From Octopus vulgaris (lineage: Eukaryota): a stretch of 64,000 nucleotides of DNA. Of this stretch, positions 25,522-39,427 are shown piece by piece. The stretch's first letter is position 1, and each line of letters begins with the position of its first letter. The DNA is taken from positions 38,564,001 through 38,628,000 of the forward strand of contig OX597836.1 in assembly GCA_951406725.2 (NCBI GenBank). Direction: 5' to 3'. The notes beneath the pieces were generated by a model. The model made no database searches. It worked only from the letters and a program-made list of their open reading frames with translations, and was not told the DNA's origin. The translations under genes were made by a program, and so were the position numbers.

Positions 25522-26871
25522 AAACAGAAGTCTGCAATCTGCCAGTCAGTGTACCCTGTTTCAATTTCAAATTGTCACTTCGAAAAAGGAATTTAATTCG
25601 GATTTTGTTAAAATACTAGTTGTTAATTTGTAAGAAATTCTATATAATAGCAGTTCTATAGCAGTACATAAATTCATTTATAAACTTTAGACCAATAAAT
25701 GAAAATGTCCAGCTGCAAAGTAGAACATTTTCACAGAGCAAGTAAAACAATATTAATCTGGCTATATTCAATTGTTGAAGATCTATTGCATTGTATACAC
25801 ATTGTAACTAATTTTACGAAGGAAGAAAAACTTATGAATAAATATTTTAATAATATTCCACTGAGAAAACATTAATGCTGTGAAAAACTTTCTGATGTTT
25901 TTAATTTAAATAGAGAAAGAATAGAGGTATTCAGACATGAGTGAATCAGATTTAGTGTCCGACTATGGCTATTTTCTGAATCAATAAACCCTATTCATAA
26001 GACATGTTGATATATTCAGACGAGTCAATTATTGTTTTGACAGACAAAGGAAAGTTTATTTATATAAAAAAGAATTTTAATAAAGCTCAGCCTGAAGGAA
26101 ACTAAAAATTGTTCAAGTTGTAATAGATTGTAACTATTAATACATAACATCAACACAGACAGCCTTTAACTAAGTTTTAATTTCTTGGAATTTTATTGGA
26201 AGACAAAAAATAAAAAAATGCTCATAAATTACATTGTAGATTTTCTGACATATAGTCAATTGTTATACAATGTAACAATATATATATATACATATACATA
26301 CATACACAGATATGTATATATACACGTTTTCATTTGTTTTTTGTGAATTTTCCATTCTGTTTACATCAAATTTTTCAATTCAACCCTTGATATACATATA
26401 TATATATATACATATATACACACACACTCACACATATATATATGTATACACATACACATACGACATGTCGTGATTAATAAAAATTTTCATATCTTCTATC
26501 TTCCATTTACCATATATATATATATATATATGGGGTTGTGCTGTGGAATGAATATTAAGTGTATATTGTATATATAGAAGAGAATATGTGACATTTGTCT
26601 TGTATGTCATCAGAGCACATTGTATGTATGTATATATGTGTGTATTGGGTGAAAGTAAGTAAGGCTGTGCGGATAAGAAGTTAACTTTTCTACTTGATGG
26701 TTTCAAGTTCAGTTCTACCATTTGACTAGGGCATTTGTCTTCACACATAGCCTCAAGTTTGTGAGTGAAATTTGGTTGACAGATTTTATGGAAATCTATT
26801 GAGAAAGTTATTTCTTTTCTTGGACTTAATCCATTGCCAGGTTTGACATCATTACTTGGCGCCTTAGATAC

Positions 26872-27106
26872 CTATTTCTTTACTACCCACAAGGGGCTAA
26901 ACACAGAGGGGACAAATAAGGACAGACAAATGGATTAAATCGATTATATCGACCCCAGTGCATATCTGTTACTTATTTCATCGACCCCGAAAGGATGAAA
27001 GGCAAAGTCGACCTCGACAGAATTTGAACTCAGAACATAGCGGCAGACGAAATGCCAGTAAGCATTTCGCCTGGTGTGCTAACGTTTCTGCCAGTTAGCC
27101 ACCTTG
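26872..27106 (-). mobile_element. SINE family B
   Basis: family B consensus; TSD ccttagatacct. Confidence 0.9.
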
Positions 27107-27316
27107 GCCCTTAGATACCTTTAGCAGGATCCTCTATCAAAAGCATTCAAGTTATGTCTCCTGAAGATAACTGCACCTTCAGTCATTAATAAAAACAAAC
27201 ATTTTTTTCTAATCTATTTCATTATAAAACACTTTATGTGTATTTCACTGAAGACCACAGTAAATTAAAACAGGATATCAAACACTTGGTGACTTTAGAG
27301 TCAACTTAAGAACTAA

Positions 27317-27885
27317 AGTTATGCTTTAAATAGTGGTGGAATTTTCAGGACGTTTATAAAGAGAAAGTTAGCCTTACAGCTGTTTCTGGGATATTAGGGA
27401 TATCCTTTAATCAGAGATGATGTGATATGGTTAAATAGAGGGAAAATAGTAGAGTTCAGTATAAGGAGTTATTTGGAAAAGGATGGAAATAAGAAATATA
27501 AAAGGAAATAAGAGCATAAAAGTAAAAATAAAAATATGTGTAGGATGTTATAGTTTCAGTTCCATTATCCAAGGAAAGTGGTGTGTAAATGTGGTAGAAA
27601 TGCTTCTTGTATGTTGTATATAAATTCCGACTGGAGTTCATATTTTGTCATTACAAATGGAAAGTTTGGAGATGTAGATTCCATGTGCATTGAAATGGGT
27701 CTTGTGGTGTGAGTGAAACTTTGAGAATGTAGTGGTATCCATTTTTTGCCACTAGACCCCTGTGATTCCTATTTTACTTGAGTGGACTCTCATAACCATT
27801 CCATATTTAAAAAATCCTATTGTATCCTTTGTAATTAAATATTATTAGGAATTGTTTTTAAAAGCTGTTAAAATATTTTGTATAT
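27317..27885 (-). mobile_element. PLE-like 3' fragment with a degenerate hammerhead (27373-27414)
   Basis: minus strand CTGATTA-aaggatatccctaatatccca-GAAA-CAGCTG-TA; extent of the fragment is uncertain. Confidence 0.45.
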
Positions 27886-28068
27886 TGTATAATGGGTTGA
27901 GGAATAATTCATGAGGATTTTTTTTTTTTCAAACTTAAAAATGCTCATAGAAATAAAATGCACTGAAAAAATGTTTTATGTTATTTAAAAGAGAATTTTT
28001 TTGCTCTATAAGATAGTGTTTTGATTTTTTAATTTTATTGATTTTTTGTGTATTTTCAGATCATTAAA

Positions 28069-28497
28069 CTGGAATGTCAAGTGGACAAAACAGCATTTTC
28101 GACACCATTTGCTTTTTGTATTTAAACATGGTGTTAAGGCCACTGAAGCTGCTCATGAGATTTGTGCTGTGTATGGAGAATAAGCAATGTCTCAAAGTAC
28201 TTCCTGCCATTGGTTTTTGTGCTTCAAAAAATAGGAACTTTGACCTCAAGGATCGATCACACACCAGTTGACCAACTGAGTTCGATAAAGAGCAATTGAA
28301 CCAATTTCTTCATGAAAATCCATATCAAACGACCAGAGTTATGTTTTAAATAGTGGTGGAATTTTCAGGACGTTTATAAAGAGAAAGTTAGTCTGACAGC
28401 TGTTTCTGGGATATTAGGGATATCAACCAGAGAATTGGTGCAGTGGATGGATCGTGATAAAAAAAAACTGTGATGAACCACCTTTACTCATTTTAGG
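28069..28497 (+). pseudogene. decayed mariner transposase N-terminus (HTH)
   Basis: QHFRHHLLFVFKHGVKATEAAHEICAVYGE*..WF..FKNRNFDLKDRSH..ENPYQTTREL; stops, frameshifts and an 87-bp insertion. Confidence 0.85.
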
Positions 28498-28499
28498 AG

Positions 28500-28650
28500 A
28501 ATAAAAATAAGAAAAAAGTGGAAATTTTACCGGTGAGTGTATTATATTATAAGGCACAAAAAGAAAATGACTCTCCCCAGACACAACAGAATATGCTTCA
28601 ACACACGAACTCATATAAAGAACCTTATAAACCAAATCCAAAAACGAAAT
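28500..28650 (+). repeat. dispersed repeat, probable PLE terminus
   Basis: gtggaaattttaccggtgag...gactctccccagacacaacagaatatgc; copies at 47588-47738 and 59964-60100 (minus). Confidence 0.7.
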
Positions 28651-28911
28651 ACATATCATTGCTATTATGCAAAAGTGTCATAAGTCCAAAATGTTGCTTT
28701 TTCAGAAAACGAAAAAATAGCCTCACCATTCCATAGCAAAGCCATTGTACTACACTTTGACAATTTTTGATATCTGGGCATCTGAAGCAACTGGTGATAC
28801 GATAGTTTGATGAAAAGAACTGGCTATTGCAAGCAAAAATAAATACTGAAAAGAAACATATTTGGCCAAACTTGGACATACGACAGTTTAACATAATAGC
28901 AAGGATATATA

Positions 28912-29500
28912 TTTTATCTTTTGTTTCAGTCATTTGAATGTTGACATGATGGGTGGGGCACCACCTTGAAAATTTTTTAGTTGAATTCATTGACCCCAAG
29001 ACTTATTTTTTAATCCTGGCACTAATTCTATTGAACTCTTTTGTTGAAACACTAGGTTACAGGGATATAGACACACCAAAATCAGCTGTCAAGAGGTGGG
29101 GGAGGGGACAAACACAGACACACACACACACACATATATATATACACAATGGGCTTCTTTCAGTTTCTGCCTACCAAATCTACCAAATCACGAGGTTTTG
29201 GTTGGCCTGAGGTTAGAGAAGAAGATACATCCCATGGTGCCATGCAGTGGGAGTGAACCCAGAACCATGTGGCTGGGATGCAAGCTTCTCATCCTGCTGC
29301 AGCCATGCTTGTGCCTGTAGCTTCTTACTACACACACACACATGATAAGCTTCAGTTCCCTTCTGTCTACCAAATCCACTCACAAAGCTTTGGTCTGCCT
29401 AAGGCTATAGTAGAATACATTTGTCCAAGGTGCCATGCAGGGGAGTGACCCCTGACCTATGTGGCTGGGAAGCAAATTTCTTACCACACAGCCACACCTT
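28912..29500 (-). mobile_element. SINE A plus a second SINE A head
   Basis: family A consensus. Confidence 0.8.
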
Positions 29501-32500
29501 TGGTTATACAAATGCCACTTTATTTATTTCAATATAATCATTTTATAGTAATTATACATTCTAATTAGCATGCTATATAATACTAACAAAGTAGCTTCTA
29601 TTGGGTCACTTAAACTGCAAGAAAGTGAAACAGAATCTCCCTTGAATGACACTCTAATGTCTTACAAAAGGAAGGACTCATTAAACACTATAGTACCCCT
29701 AAACAACAAGACAGGATGGTCATGGCAACAATGCCTTTCATCGTAGGTCTGCTTAATCAATAAACCAACATATTAAAATGAATTTGTGCAGTAGCAATAA
29801 AACATGAACATTTGGCTTTTATCTAAGATCTTTCATCTTATATCAACCATTGTATGAGAGTTCATACATACATGTACACACTATAATAACAAGGTGCATT
29901 TGTTGTTTGTAGCATGGCATATGATCAAAAATATACAGTGAAATGCTGGTGTGAAAAATATTTTGAAATATACTTAGATATTATATGAATCAACTGCAAA
30001 GCTAAAATATGTGTTTGATGTGATTCTGCTAAAGAACTAAGTTATAAATAGTTCAATAAAATACTCTAAATTTATGTGAGTGAAGAAAGCCGGGGTTAGC
30101 AACTCTTCAAAGAAACACTCATTTCAGATAATTGTTTAATATTTTACAACCTTCATCTTAATTCTCAAAATCTTAATATCAAAATTTGGTTATAACCCTG
30201 GTAAGTTCCTAATGCTAATAATTGAAACTGATTTGTATTCTATATATTGTGAATGTGTGTGTGTGTGTGTGTGTGTGTATGCTATGTTCAAAGATAAAAT
30301 TCTAAGTAGCAAAAAAAGATTTGTTCATGGTTATGGTGTTAGCTTATGACAGCTTCTATCATGAAGTAACAAAAATATGAATAACAGAAAAAAAAATATA
30401 TACATCTGTATGGATACTATCACCAACAGAAGCCTTAACAGTATAGTGTAGGTTTTATTTTGCTTTTTGTTCTTTTCTTTTTATATATATACTGAAAAAC
30501 AGCTCAAAATGTTTGGGAATAGACAAATTTCAGTCCATTAAATGAGATGCTAATGGAATCGATTTAGTTCTAACAGAGTTATGTAATTTGAAGGGAGGTT
30601 TTTTTTCTCTTCTGTAATAGCACTTAAATGCATAGAATCTGAAAGTTGGTTTATTATTTCAAAATTATTATAATTTATATTGCATATTTTGATCTTCAAT
30701 TTTTATTTGACATACATAAACAGAATTCCTGTTCAATTTATGCATTATTTTCTGCCATACGATAACCCGATATCTACAGCTAAATGTTTGTTAGGCAAGC
30801 TATTAACCCAACAATGCCAGAAGCTAAAACAATGATAGTTTACATGAATAAAGTTTCTTATTTAGGTGAAATAGAAGATGTTAGAAACAGATTTCTAGTA
30901 TTTCTAAAATATTGAATTAAGAAATTTCAAAATGTAACGAGACGTGATCAGAATTAATGAAGGTTGATGTAAATAATATAGGAAAACGACACTTCATAGA
31001 TTATAGTCAAAATGTAATACTAATGTTCTAAAGATGGTAATCAAAAGTACTAATATATTTCTATGAGTCTTAATTGCAGCTTAATTACTCAGTATTTTCC
31101 TTATTATTTATAAATATGATGTCCATAACCCCATGAGACGAAAGGTTATGATCGGCTTTGTCTGGCTTTCTGTACAATCAATGTAAATAGATTCAGGCCC
31201 AGTAACTTTATAGATAGAGAGATAAAATAATCCAAAACAATTTATGAAGAATATTTACTATTTCAGCTATGTATTGGCACTTTTACAGCTCAGAGGGTAA
31301 GTCTGATACTGTTGTGTTTATTTTATTTATAGAAATATATCCCCCCTATAAAGGAAAAAGAAAAACAAATTAAATACTACTTGTGGTGTGGTGGTGGTGG
31401 TGTCTTCCTGCAAAGTGAATATTATCATCAGATATGTTATATTACTACTGCTGTACATTATATTCCTGTTCAATATTATTGAAAATACAAGTTGAGAATG
31501 GCTTTGTTTCAGTCTAGTGTTGCCAGTATCATTTTTCCGCATGCAAGGGAAAAATATTTCAGAATATAAGATATTCAGCTGAAATCAAGCACAAGACACA
31601 TTTATTATGTTTAAAAAAAAAAGAAAACAAAAAATGACAATGTAAAGCAGCCAAGTTGAAACCAGTAAATGGCAATATACTTAAAGAAATATACTAGAAG
31701 ATGATACAACTGAGTTAAATATTCATAAAATACCATTCATATATGTTTCAACATTGAAGATAAAAAACTATTCAGCAGTAAATAATAATGAATATTTAGG
31801 TTTAGAATTTAATGAGTGCCAATGCAAGAAACACTCAGCTCTTGAGTCATTGTGTAACGTCTACCAATTAATGACAGAAAAATAGATAATTAGGTCAATT
31901 ATTTTAATTAGATATCAGAAATGATGAATATAAAAAAATTTTTTAAAATACTGAATATTGTTATCATTTTGCAGGATAAATTTTCATAATTACTTTCAGC
32001 AAAAATGTAAACTGCGAACAATATATATTATTTTCTAATCTAAAAAGAAAGAGTCAGAATTATATAGCAACTTTATTAACTGACAGAAATGGAACCACAA
32101 AGCATATTAATATCAAATAGCAATATTGTACTAAGACAATTCAATTACCAAAACAATAACGAACAACATTTTTTTCAACTGATAGCAAGACCAAAAGCAA
32201 TCCAGAATTATTTGCCTACACTCTATGATGAGAAGCAGAGAAATGGGTGAAACATGAGGTAATCACATGGGGTAAACATGAAGTAAACATGATATACAAG
32301 AATGAAGCCGGGAACATGCAAACCACTGCAATTTATTAATAGAAACAGTCCAGTTATATCTTTATGCAGTAAAATTGGTTAATTTCACAACGGCAATATT
32401 TTTTTTTGTCATCTGAACTATTAATCATATCAAAATGCATACAGAAATGTCTAAAAGAAAGTGAGTAAATTTATGCAGGTTTCCATCAATCCAAATTTTG

Positions 32501-32605
32501 GTTTGACACAGAGGAAACAAAAAATAGTGAAGAGATGATATATTTTGTTGGCAGAAAGCTGTTGTTTTTATTCATTTAGTTCATAACGAAAACACGATGG
32601 CTTAC

Positions 32606-32644
32606 TTTCTTGGATTTTATTAGATTTAGAATAGAAATTTTCCT
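32606..32644 (-). other. candidate 39-nt micro-exon
   Basis: tctttgtttttttgatCAG|39 nt, open in two phases (RKISILNLIKSKK or EENFYSKSNKIQE)|GTAAGC; lies in a TE-free island. Confidence 0.22.
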
Positions 32645-33104
32645 CTGATCAAAAAAACAAAGACTTGACGTAAACTTCACTGAAGCATAACATTTAATAT
32701 GTTCCGATAATTTCTGGTTGAATGAAAATACAAACTTAATCTCAAGAAATAATAAAGTGCTTTTCTGAGTGTATAAAGAATGGCTTTAAACATATCCAAT
32801 AGTTCTCTGTAAAACTATCACTCCATTAAAAAAAATATTCTCGATATTTTATTGAAAGCTGTAATATTTTCTTTGATTTTCATTGAATGGGTTTTAAATC
32901 AACTTTCTCATAAGGATGAAGAAACTTAGGCAATAACATTAACGTCGAATGATATTTAAGATAACTATTTCAAGATAAGTGATTTGTTAATTTAGATTTT
33001 GTAAGATTTCACAACCACGACACTACAACAGGTATAGAAGAGAAAAATCTCAATATATCCATTATGAAAACCATCCTTCATAATCAACATCTTCATCATT
33101 TCAA

Positions 33105-34325
33105 CCAGCTGGCAGAATCTTTAGCACGTTGGGCAAAATACTTAGCAATATTTCATCTGTTCTGAGTTCAAATTCCATTGAGGTTGACTTTACTTTTGAG
33201 GTTGATAAAATAAGTACCAGCTGTGTTCTGGGGGTGATGTAATTAACTATCCCTGCCTCCAAATTTCAGGCTGTGCGCTTATATTCAAAAGGAATATTAT
33301 TATTATTATTAGGAGGAGGAGTGGGGGCTCATGGAGGCAAAGTGGCCGAGTTCCTTTTGAGTGTTGGGCCTCAGGGAGCTAATGACCAAGACCTTTGGCA
33401 TTATGTTGTGCTTGAGAGGAAGACCCATCAAGCGGAGCAAAATCACAGTCAAGGCAGATACCGGGGTCACACAAATGGCACCCATGCTGATGGCACATTT
33501 TTATCCATTACACTCTCAGAATGGTTGGCATGAGGAAGAGCATCCAGCCATAGAAAACCATGCCAAATCAGACTGGAGCCTGGTACAGCCTTCCAGCGTG
33601 GCAGCCCAGTCAAACTGTCGAACCCATGCCAGTATGGAATATGGACATTAATTGAAGATGATATGGTGGACGGGCAGAATCATTGGCACCCCTGACAAAA
33701 TACATTGCGACATTTCATTTGTCTGTACATTCTGAGTTCAAATACTGCTGGAGTTGATGAAAATAAGAACCAGCTGAGCACTAACTCCCTCCCACAAAAT
33801 TTCAAGCCCCATACCTATAGTTGAAAGGATTATTATAGTTATTATTATTATTATTATGGCAGTGAGCTGGCAAAACTGTTGGAACATCAGAAGAAATGCT
33901 TTGTGGTATTTCTTCCAACTCATTAAAAACTGAGTTCAAATCCTACGAGGTTAGTTTTGACTTTCACCCTTTTTGGGGGTTGATAAAACAAGTACCAATC
34001 AAGTTCTGGAGTCAACGTAATTGACATGATGCCCCTCCTCTCAATTTCTGACCTTGTACCAAAATTAGAAAAACCTGATTATCATTATTATTATTATTAT
34101 TATTATTATTAAGGTGGTGAGCTGGCAGAAGCATTAGCATGCCGGGCAAAAAGCTTAGTGTTATTTTGTCCATCTTCATGTTCTGAGCTCAAATTCTGCT
34201 GAAGTCAGCTTTGCCTTTCATCCTTTCGGGGTTAATAAATTAAGTACCAGACAAGTACTGGGGTCGATGTGATCGACTGTCCCACTCCCTGCAAAATCCA
34301 GGCCTTGTGCCTTTACCAGAAAGGA
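33105..34325 (+). mobile_element. cluster of four old SINE B copies with a SINE C (33325-33665)
   Basis: repeated gagctggcagaa...gagttcaaat...aataagtaccag units separated by (TAT)n. Confidence 0.8.
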
Positions 34326-35971
34326 TTATTATTATTATTAAATAATTTAGAAATAAATATACAAGGAAAAACAGAATGTGTTCTATTTGTAGGAAAGTTA
34401 TAGTTTAAAAGAAACAGAGGTGAAAAGCACATGTCGACATTTTTTCTTTTTTTTGCAGAGAAGATGGTGGAAAAATTTGCAGGAAAACAATTGGAAACTA
34501 ATGACAAGAGAGAATGGGAACTAGTATTGCATCGTTATGAGTATATAAGCCAGAGGCGATTACATGTGTAAGAGAAAATCTTAATGCTAAGGAAGAATTG
34601 GTAAATGATATGTATATATATAAATATAGGGATGGCATTATTAAAATACCATCACAAGTGGTAAGCGAATTATTAGCCGTACAGGCAAATCAATAAAATA
34701 TATACATACAATATTAGATATGTACATATATACACAAGGGTACTACATGAGTACCTATATCGCTCATGATAGAAATCAAAAAATACTTCTGTACCACCGA
34801 ATAGTCACAAATCCATTACAGACAAGATAGGAAAAAATATCAGTGAACAATAATAAAGTGGGATTTGGCAATAGGAAGGGCATCTCACCATAGAAAATCT
34901 GCTTCAACAAATTCTGTCTGACTCCTGCAAACTTGGAAAAGTAAACAATAAACTAATGATAATGATATCTTATCATCCTCATTCAACATCTATATTCAGC
35001 AACTCAAAGGGCTATGATATATATATATAATAATAAATATTAGGGAATAAATCCAAACTTACAGGGAAAAATCAGATTTAGGATTGAATCCAATTTTATA
35101 GTAAAATATTATATTATATTAAATTAGTGGTTTTATCTCTAATTTAATATAATATATATATATCAGTAACTCAAAGGGTTATGTTGGACTCCAATATCTG
35201 CTTTGGCAAAGTTTGTATGAATGGATGCCCTCCCTAATGCCCAGCACTTTACAGAGAGTACCAGGTGTATTTTTCGTGGCACCATCAAGTAACTTACAAG
35301 AAAAAAACTGCTTGACTGAGTAGAGATGCAGTACAAAGGAAAGTGGCTGTGTGCCAGGTGTTGAGAAGTTTAAAGTACAACCGAAGGACAGGAATAGGTG
35401 TCTTGCTGCAGAGGAGATACATAGCTATTCCAGCAGGAATGAGATGAAGGATACAAAAGAAGCGTCAGAGTGTACTCTCAAAGTACAAGATGGATTATAT
35501 AAATCAAAGAACAGTTGAGATATTTTCATAGCCAACAAACAGTTATTTACAGGAAAGCAAATCACCAATCAAAAAGTAATTTCAAAACAAATGTGCTGAC
35601 CAGAAACAAAATCTGGCTGCAATTTATTTACTCATAGCTGTGCGACTTACACTAAAGACTTATCATATACATACACATATGAATGTATACACACACACAT
35701 TTATACATACATACATGTCCATATATATATATATATACCCTTATAAAATTATAAGGATAGAAAATTTAGAAAAAAATGTTCATACCAGTGGTTAGCATGC
35801 GTAATAAAAGTCAATAGACAACCTATTTTCAATAATTTTTGTTTCGATTCTCTTCAGAATTACTTTTTATCATGGTTTGGGTTTGGCTGCCCTTTCTAGC
35901 ATGTAAGGCGTCCTGTCAAGGGTCACCTCTCTGTGTATCAACCCTTATACATTTATATATATATATATATA

Positions 35972-36152
35972 TTGGCCCTGTGCTGGTGGCATGTACACTC
36001 TCAGAGTGGTTGGCATTAGGAAGGGCATCTAGCTGTAGAAACTCTGCCAGATCAAGATTGGAGCCTGGTGCGGCCGTCTCGTTCGCCAGCCCTCAGTCAA
36101 AATCGTCCAACCCATGCTAGAATGGAAGGCGGACGTTAAACGATGATGATGA
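35972..36152 (+). mobile_element. SINE family C 3' part
   Basis: family C consensus. Confidence 0.85.
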
Positions 36153-36932
36153 TATATACACACTCACACACATTATCATCATCATCATCATCATTTAAAG
36201 TCTATGTTCCATGCTGTTACAGGCTGGACAGTTTAACATCAGATTGGTCCAAAGACTGCATGCTCTTAAGTATCTTTTGCCATAGTTTCTAAACTTTGAT
36301 TCCCTTCCTAACACTAAATGCATTATAGAGTATACAGTGTTCTTCATTTTTTTGAACAAGCACTAATATGATCACCATACAGCTTGTAAGACTAAGATCA
36401 ACTTTGAGTAAGTGGGGCTACAATTGGCAACGAGGTGGCTTTCTGCCAATTGGTGACAGATTAAAGTGAGAAGGAAGGGACTGGAATAGTCCACCTTGGA
36501 AAGATAAAAGACAAAGTTGACCCCAGCAAAAATTAAGCTAAAAATGTAAAGAGCCAGAAGGAGTGCAGTTCAACTAAAGATTCTGCTAGCTCCTTATGAT
36601 GAATATAGAATAGGCAAGGGGAGAAAAGAGAGAGGATGGGTGAAAGTAAGAAGGAAAAGACATGGTTGGGCAGGTTGTAAGACACTGGGAGAGACATAGT
36701 AAGTAGGAAATGGGAGATAAAAATGTCGGAGAGGAGAAAGATCAATGCAAACTGTGAGTGGAGAGGACAGCTGAAATATGCACTTCTGTTCACATTTAAT
36801 TACAACAAAAGAATAGTCAGTAAGAGAGATGATGGGTGATGAGAATATCTTGAGGATGAAATCTGGAATGTGAGGGAACAGCTATGCATATATACATATA
36901 TAGATAGATAGATATCAAATAAAAACAGAACA

Positions 36933-37038
36933 CAAAGGATATCGCGGTACATGTGTTTCAAGCTTTATAAACAATCCGTTCTTATATCAGCGTATTATTG
37001 ATATAAAGCTTGAAACACATGTACTGCGATATCCTTTG
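36933..37038. repeat. 37-bp inverted repeat with PLE-type GAAACACATGTA
   Basis: arms 36933-36969 and 37002-37038, one mismatch. Confidence 0.85.
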
Positions 37039-37109
37039 ATATATTCTCTCTCACCTCTGCCACAATCTGGCATATACTTATCAAGTATTCACCCTAAATT
37101 TACAGTACC

Positions 37110-37157
<48 letters not shown>

Positions 37158-37399
37158 TCTTCAAAATGGAGATAAACACCATTCCTCCATGTTATTAGCT
37201 TGAAAAATTGTTAAAGTATTAAGGCATTTTTCTTAATATGAAACCAATGGTAGCCTTAATACACAAATAAAGAAATTCTATCCACCAATGTGGCATTGAG
37301 CACTGATTCTCATTGTTCTATATATATATACATACACTGTTTCCAGGATCTCAATTTCTCTGATGAGCCTGTCTTCTCAAGAACAGCATATTAACAGAT

Positions 37400-37860
37400 A
37401 TCCCAGTCCTTTGTTCACCATGAGGTTCAAGGCTCTGAGATCAATCTTTACCATTTCACTCTTTGTCTTCCTAAGTTTCTCTCTTTTGCAAGCTTCATCC
37501 ACATTAAGCGAGCAGAACTTCTTTATACACCTGTCCTCATTCACATGCATCACATGTCCATACCAGTACAGTCTTCTTTCATGCACACTACACCTGACTC
37601 TTCTTGTTCTTGGTGTTTTTTTTTCTTTCAATACATTTATAGCTTATCAGCCATGCACACTTACATTGCACATCTAAGCAGAGCATGCCAGCTTCATTTT
37701 GTTTCCAGTCTTCTCAAAACCTATGCATTCAAGGCCTATGTCTCACTACCATGCAGCATTGAGGTTCAAAGACAAGCATTGTACAATCTGTTTATTTCAT
37801 TATGAACAAAAAAGACTCTTGTAGCCAAAAAATGGCAGAAGCTCCCTAAACTTTTTTCCA
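37400..37860 (-). mobile_element. degenerate RTE LINE 3' fragment
   Basis: ERRLYWYGHVMHVNEDRCIKK...RKTKSEMVKIDL. Confidence 0.75.
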
Positions 37861-38214
37861 ATCAGTTCCAATCTTACAAAAATTTCAAAGGATGTGAAAA
37901 ATAGATTTTAAGAGTGGATCTCGAAGCAGATAAAGCTATAGATAAGTATGTAAGTACTGGGTTAAATAAAAAAAAAATTGTTAAAAAACATCAAAGGCTT
38001 TTCCCAATCAAAGGGGACTTTTAACCCAATATTTTAACACTATTGTAGCTACAATGACACCCATCATTTCAAACTAGAATTATTTCATATTCTATCAAAG
38101 TTTATAAATTCTTATGATGTCAGCAACACACATACACATGTATACTTATACTTGCATGCAAGCATACATACACGCACACATACACACACACATACATACA
38201 TTTGTCTGAGTCAG

Positions 38215-38400
38215 ATGCCATGATAGATCGTTAGCCACTACACACATTTTTTCTCTCCTTGTTTTTTCTGTGTCCCTTTCTGTAGAAGAGCGTAGGCTCG
38301 AAACGTAAAAGACTTTTCCTATTCCTGAGCGTTATACTAATACATATGTTTGTTTTGTACACCACCTGTCTTCGTCTTGTTTATTTTCGTAAACTTTCCC
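38215..38400 (+). mobile_element. short PLE-derived element with a minimal hammerhead (38276-38311)
   Basis: cttt-CTGTAGA-a-gagc gtag gctc-GAAA-CG-TA-aaag; sister copy at 57232-57433 (minus). Confidence 0.65.
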
Positions 38401-38446
38401 TTTACATAAATACATACATATATACATACATACACATATATATAAC

Positions 38447-38716
38447 AAAAGAAATGGCAAAGGAATAAATAATTATCTCATGAACTTCATTAGCTTACAG
38501 CTGTTTCCAATCTGTATGATGTGCCTGAAAAACACCTTACAGTCCTAACAAGCATTGTGCAGTCTGTTCATTTCACTCTGACGAAAAAGACTTGTTATGT
38601 TTCAGGCTCTGATAAAACTGTAAGGTGTCACACTCAGGCATTCAACTATGAGTCTACTACGTCTTATCATGGAAACAGCTGTAAGGTCATAAGATAATCT
38701 TTGCCAGTTCTTTTTC
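38447..38716. repeat. about 270-bp imperfect foldback
   Basis: nested inverted arms cttacagctgtttcca/tggaaacagctgtaag, tgcctga..caccttacagt/actgtaaggtg..tcaggca, taacaag/cttgtta. Confidence 0.8.
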
Positions 38717-39387
38717 TTACTACCACTCTGTATTCAACTAATACATATATTGAGCCCCACACAAGGTCATTAATATCACAATACCTAACCAATGCACACA
38801 CACACACACACGATGCGTATTTATTATATGAACATATAATTAATCCATTATTGAAATCTGTATGCTGATAATTTGAATAACTTCTTTTAAATGTATACCT
38901 CTATGGATATTTTACAAGTGAAGCGATTAATTAGTAAGTAAAAAAAAGAAAGCATCTTATATAACGGACATCATTTCAATATTGAGTTTTTATGCTACAG
39001 TTTCGGTTTTAAAACATTTTCATGCACCTTCTCATTGAAATTTTTACTATAAATACTATATATATATATATATATGGTTGATGAGAGATGGAAGATATGA
39101 GAGGTATTTATTTATTCACTACAATTGTTTCGACACATCTAGCATCTCTCATTAACTAGATACACAACGAAAACTGTGAAAGTGACTGTGCTTTACCAGT
39201 AAGCTACCAGGTATAAAACCATTCGTTTTATCATCTAATATCAAATAAGATTATATATATATACATATATATATATATTATATATATTTATAAACACAAT
39301 ATGCTGGCCACTGGAAATTTTTTTTGAAAAATTTAATCCTTATATTAGAAGTATATATATATATATATACACACATACAGACACATA

Positions 39388-39427
<40 letters not shown>

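Noticed and set aside
33322-33400. HDV-like ribozyme remnant at the 5' side of SINE C
   Set aside because: Only a possible P4-J4/2-like piece; no P1/P3/L3 visible in this copy
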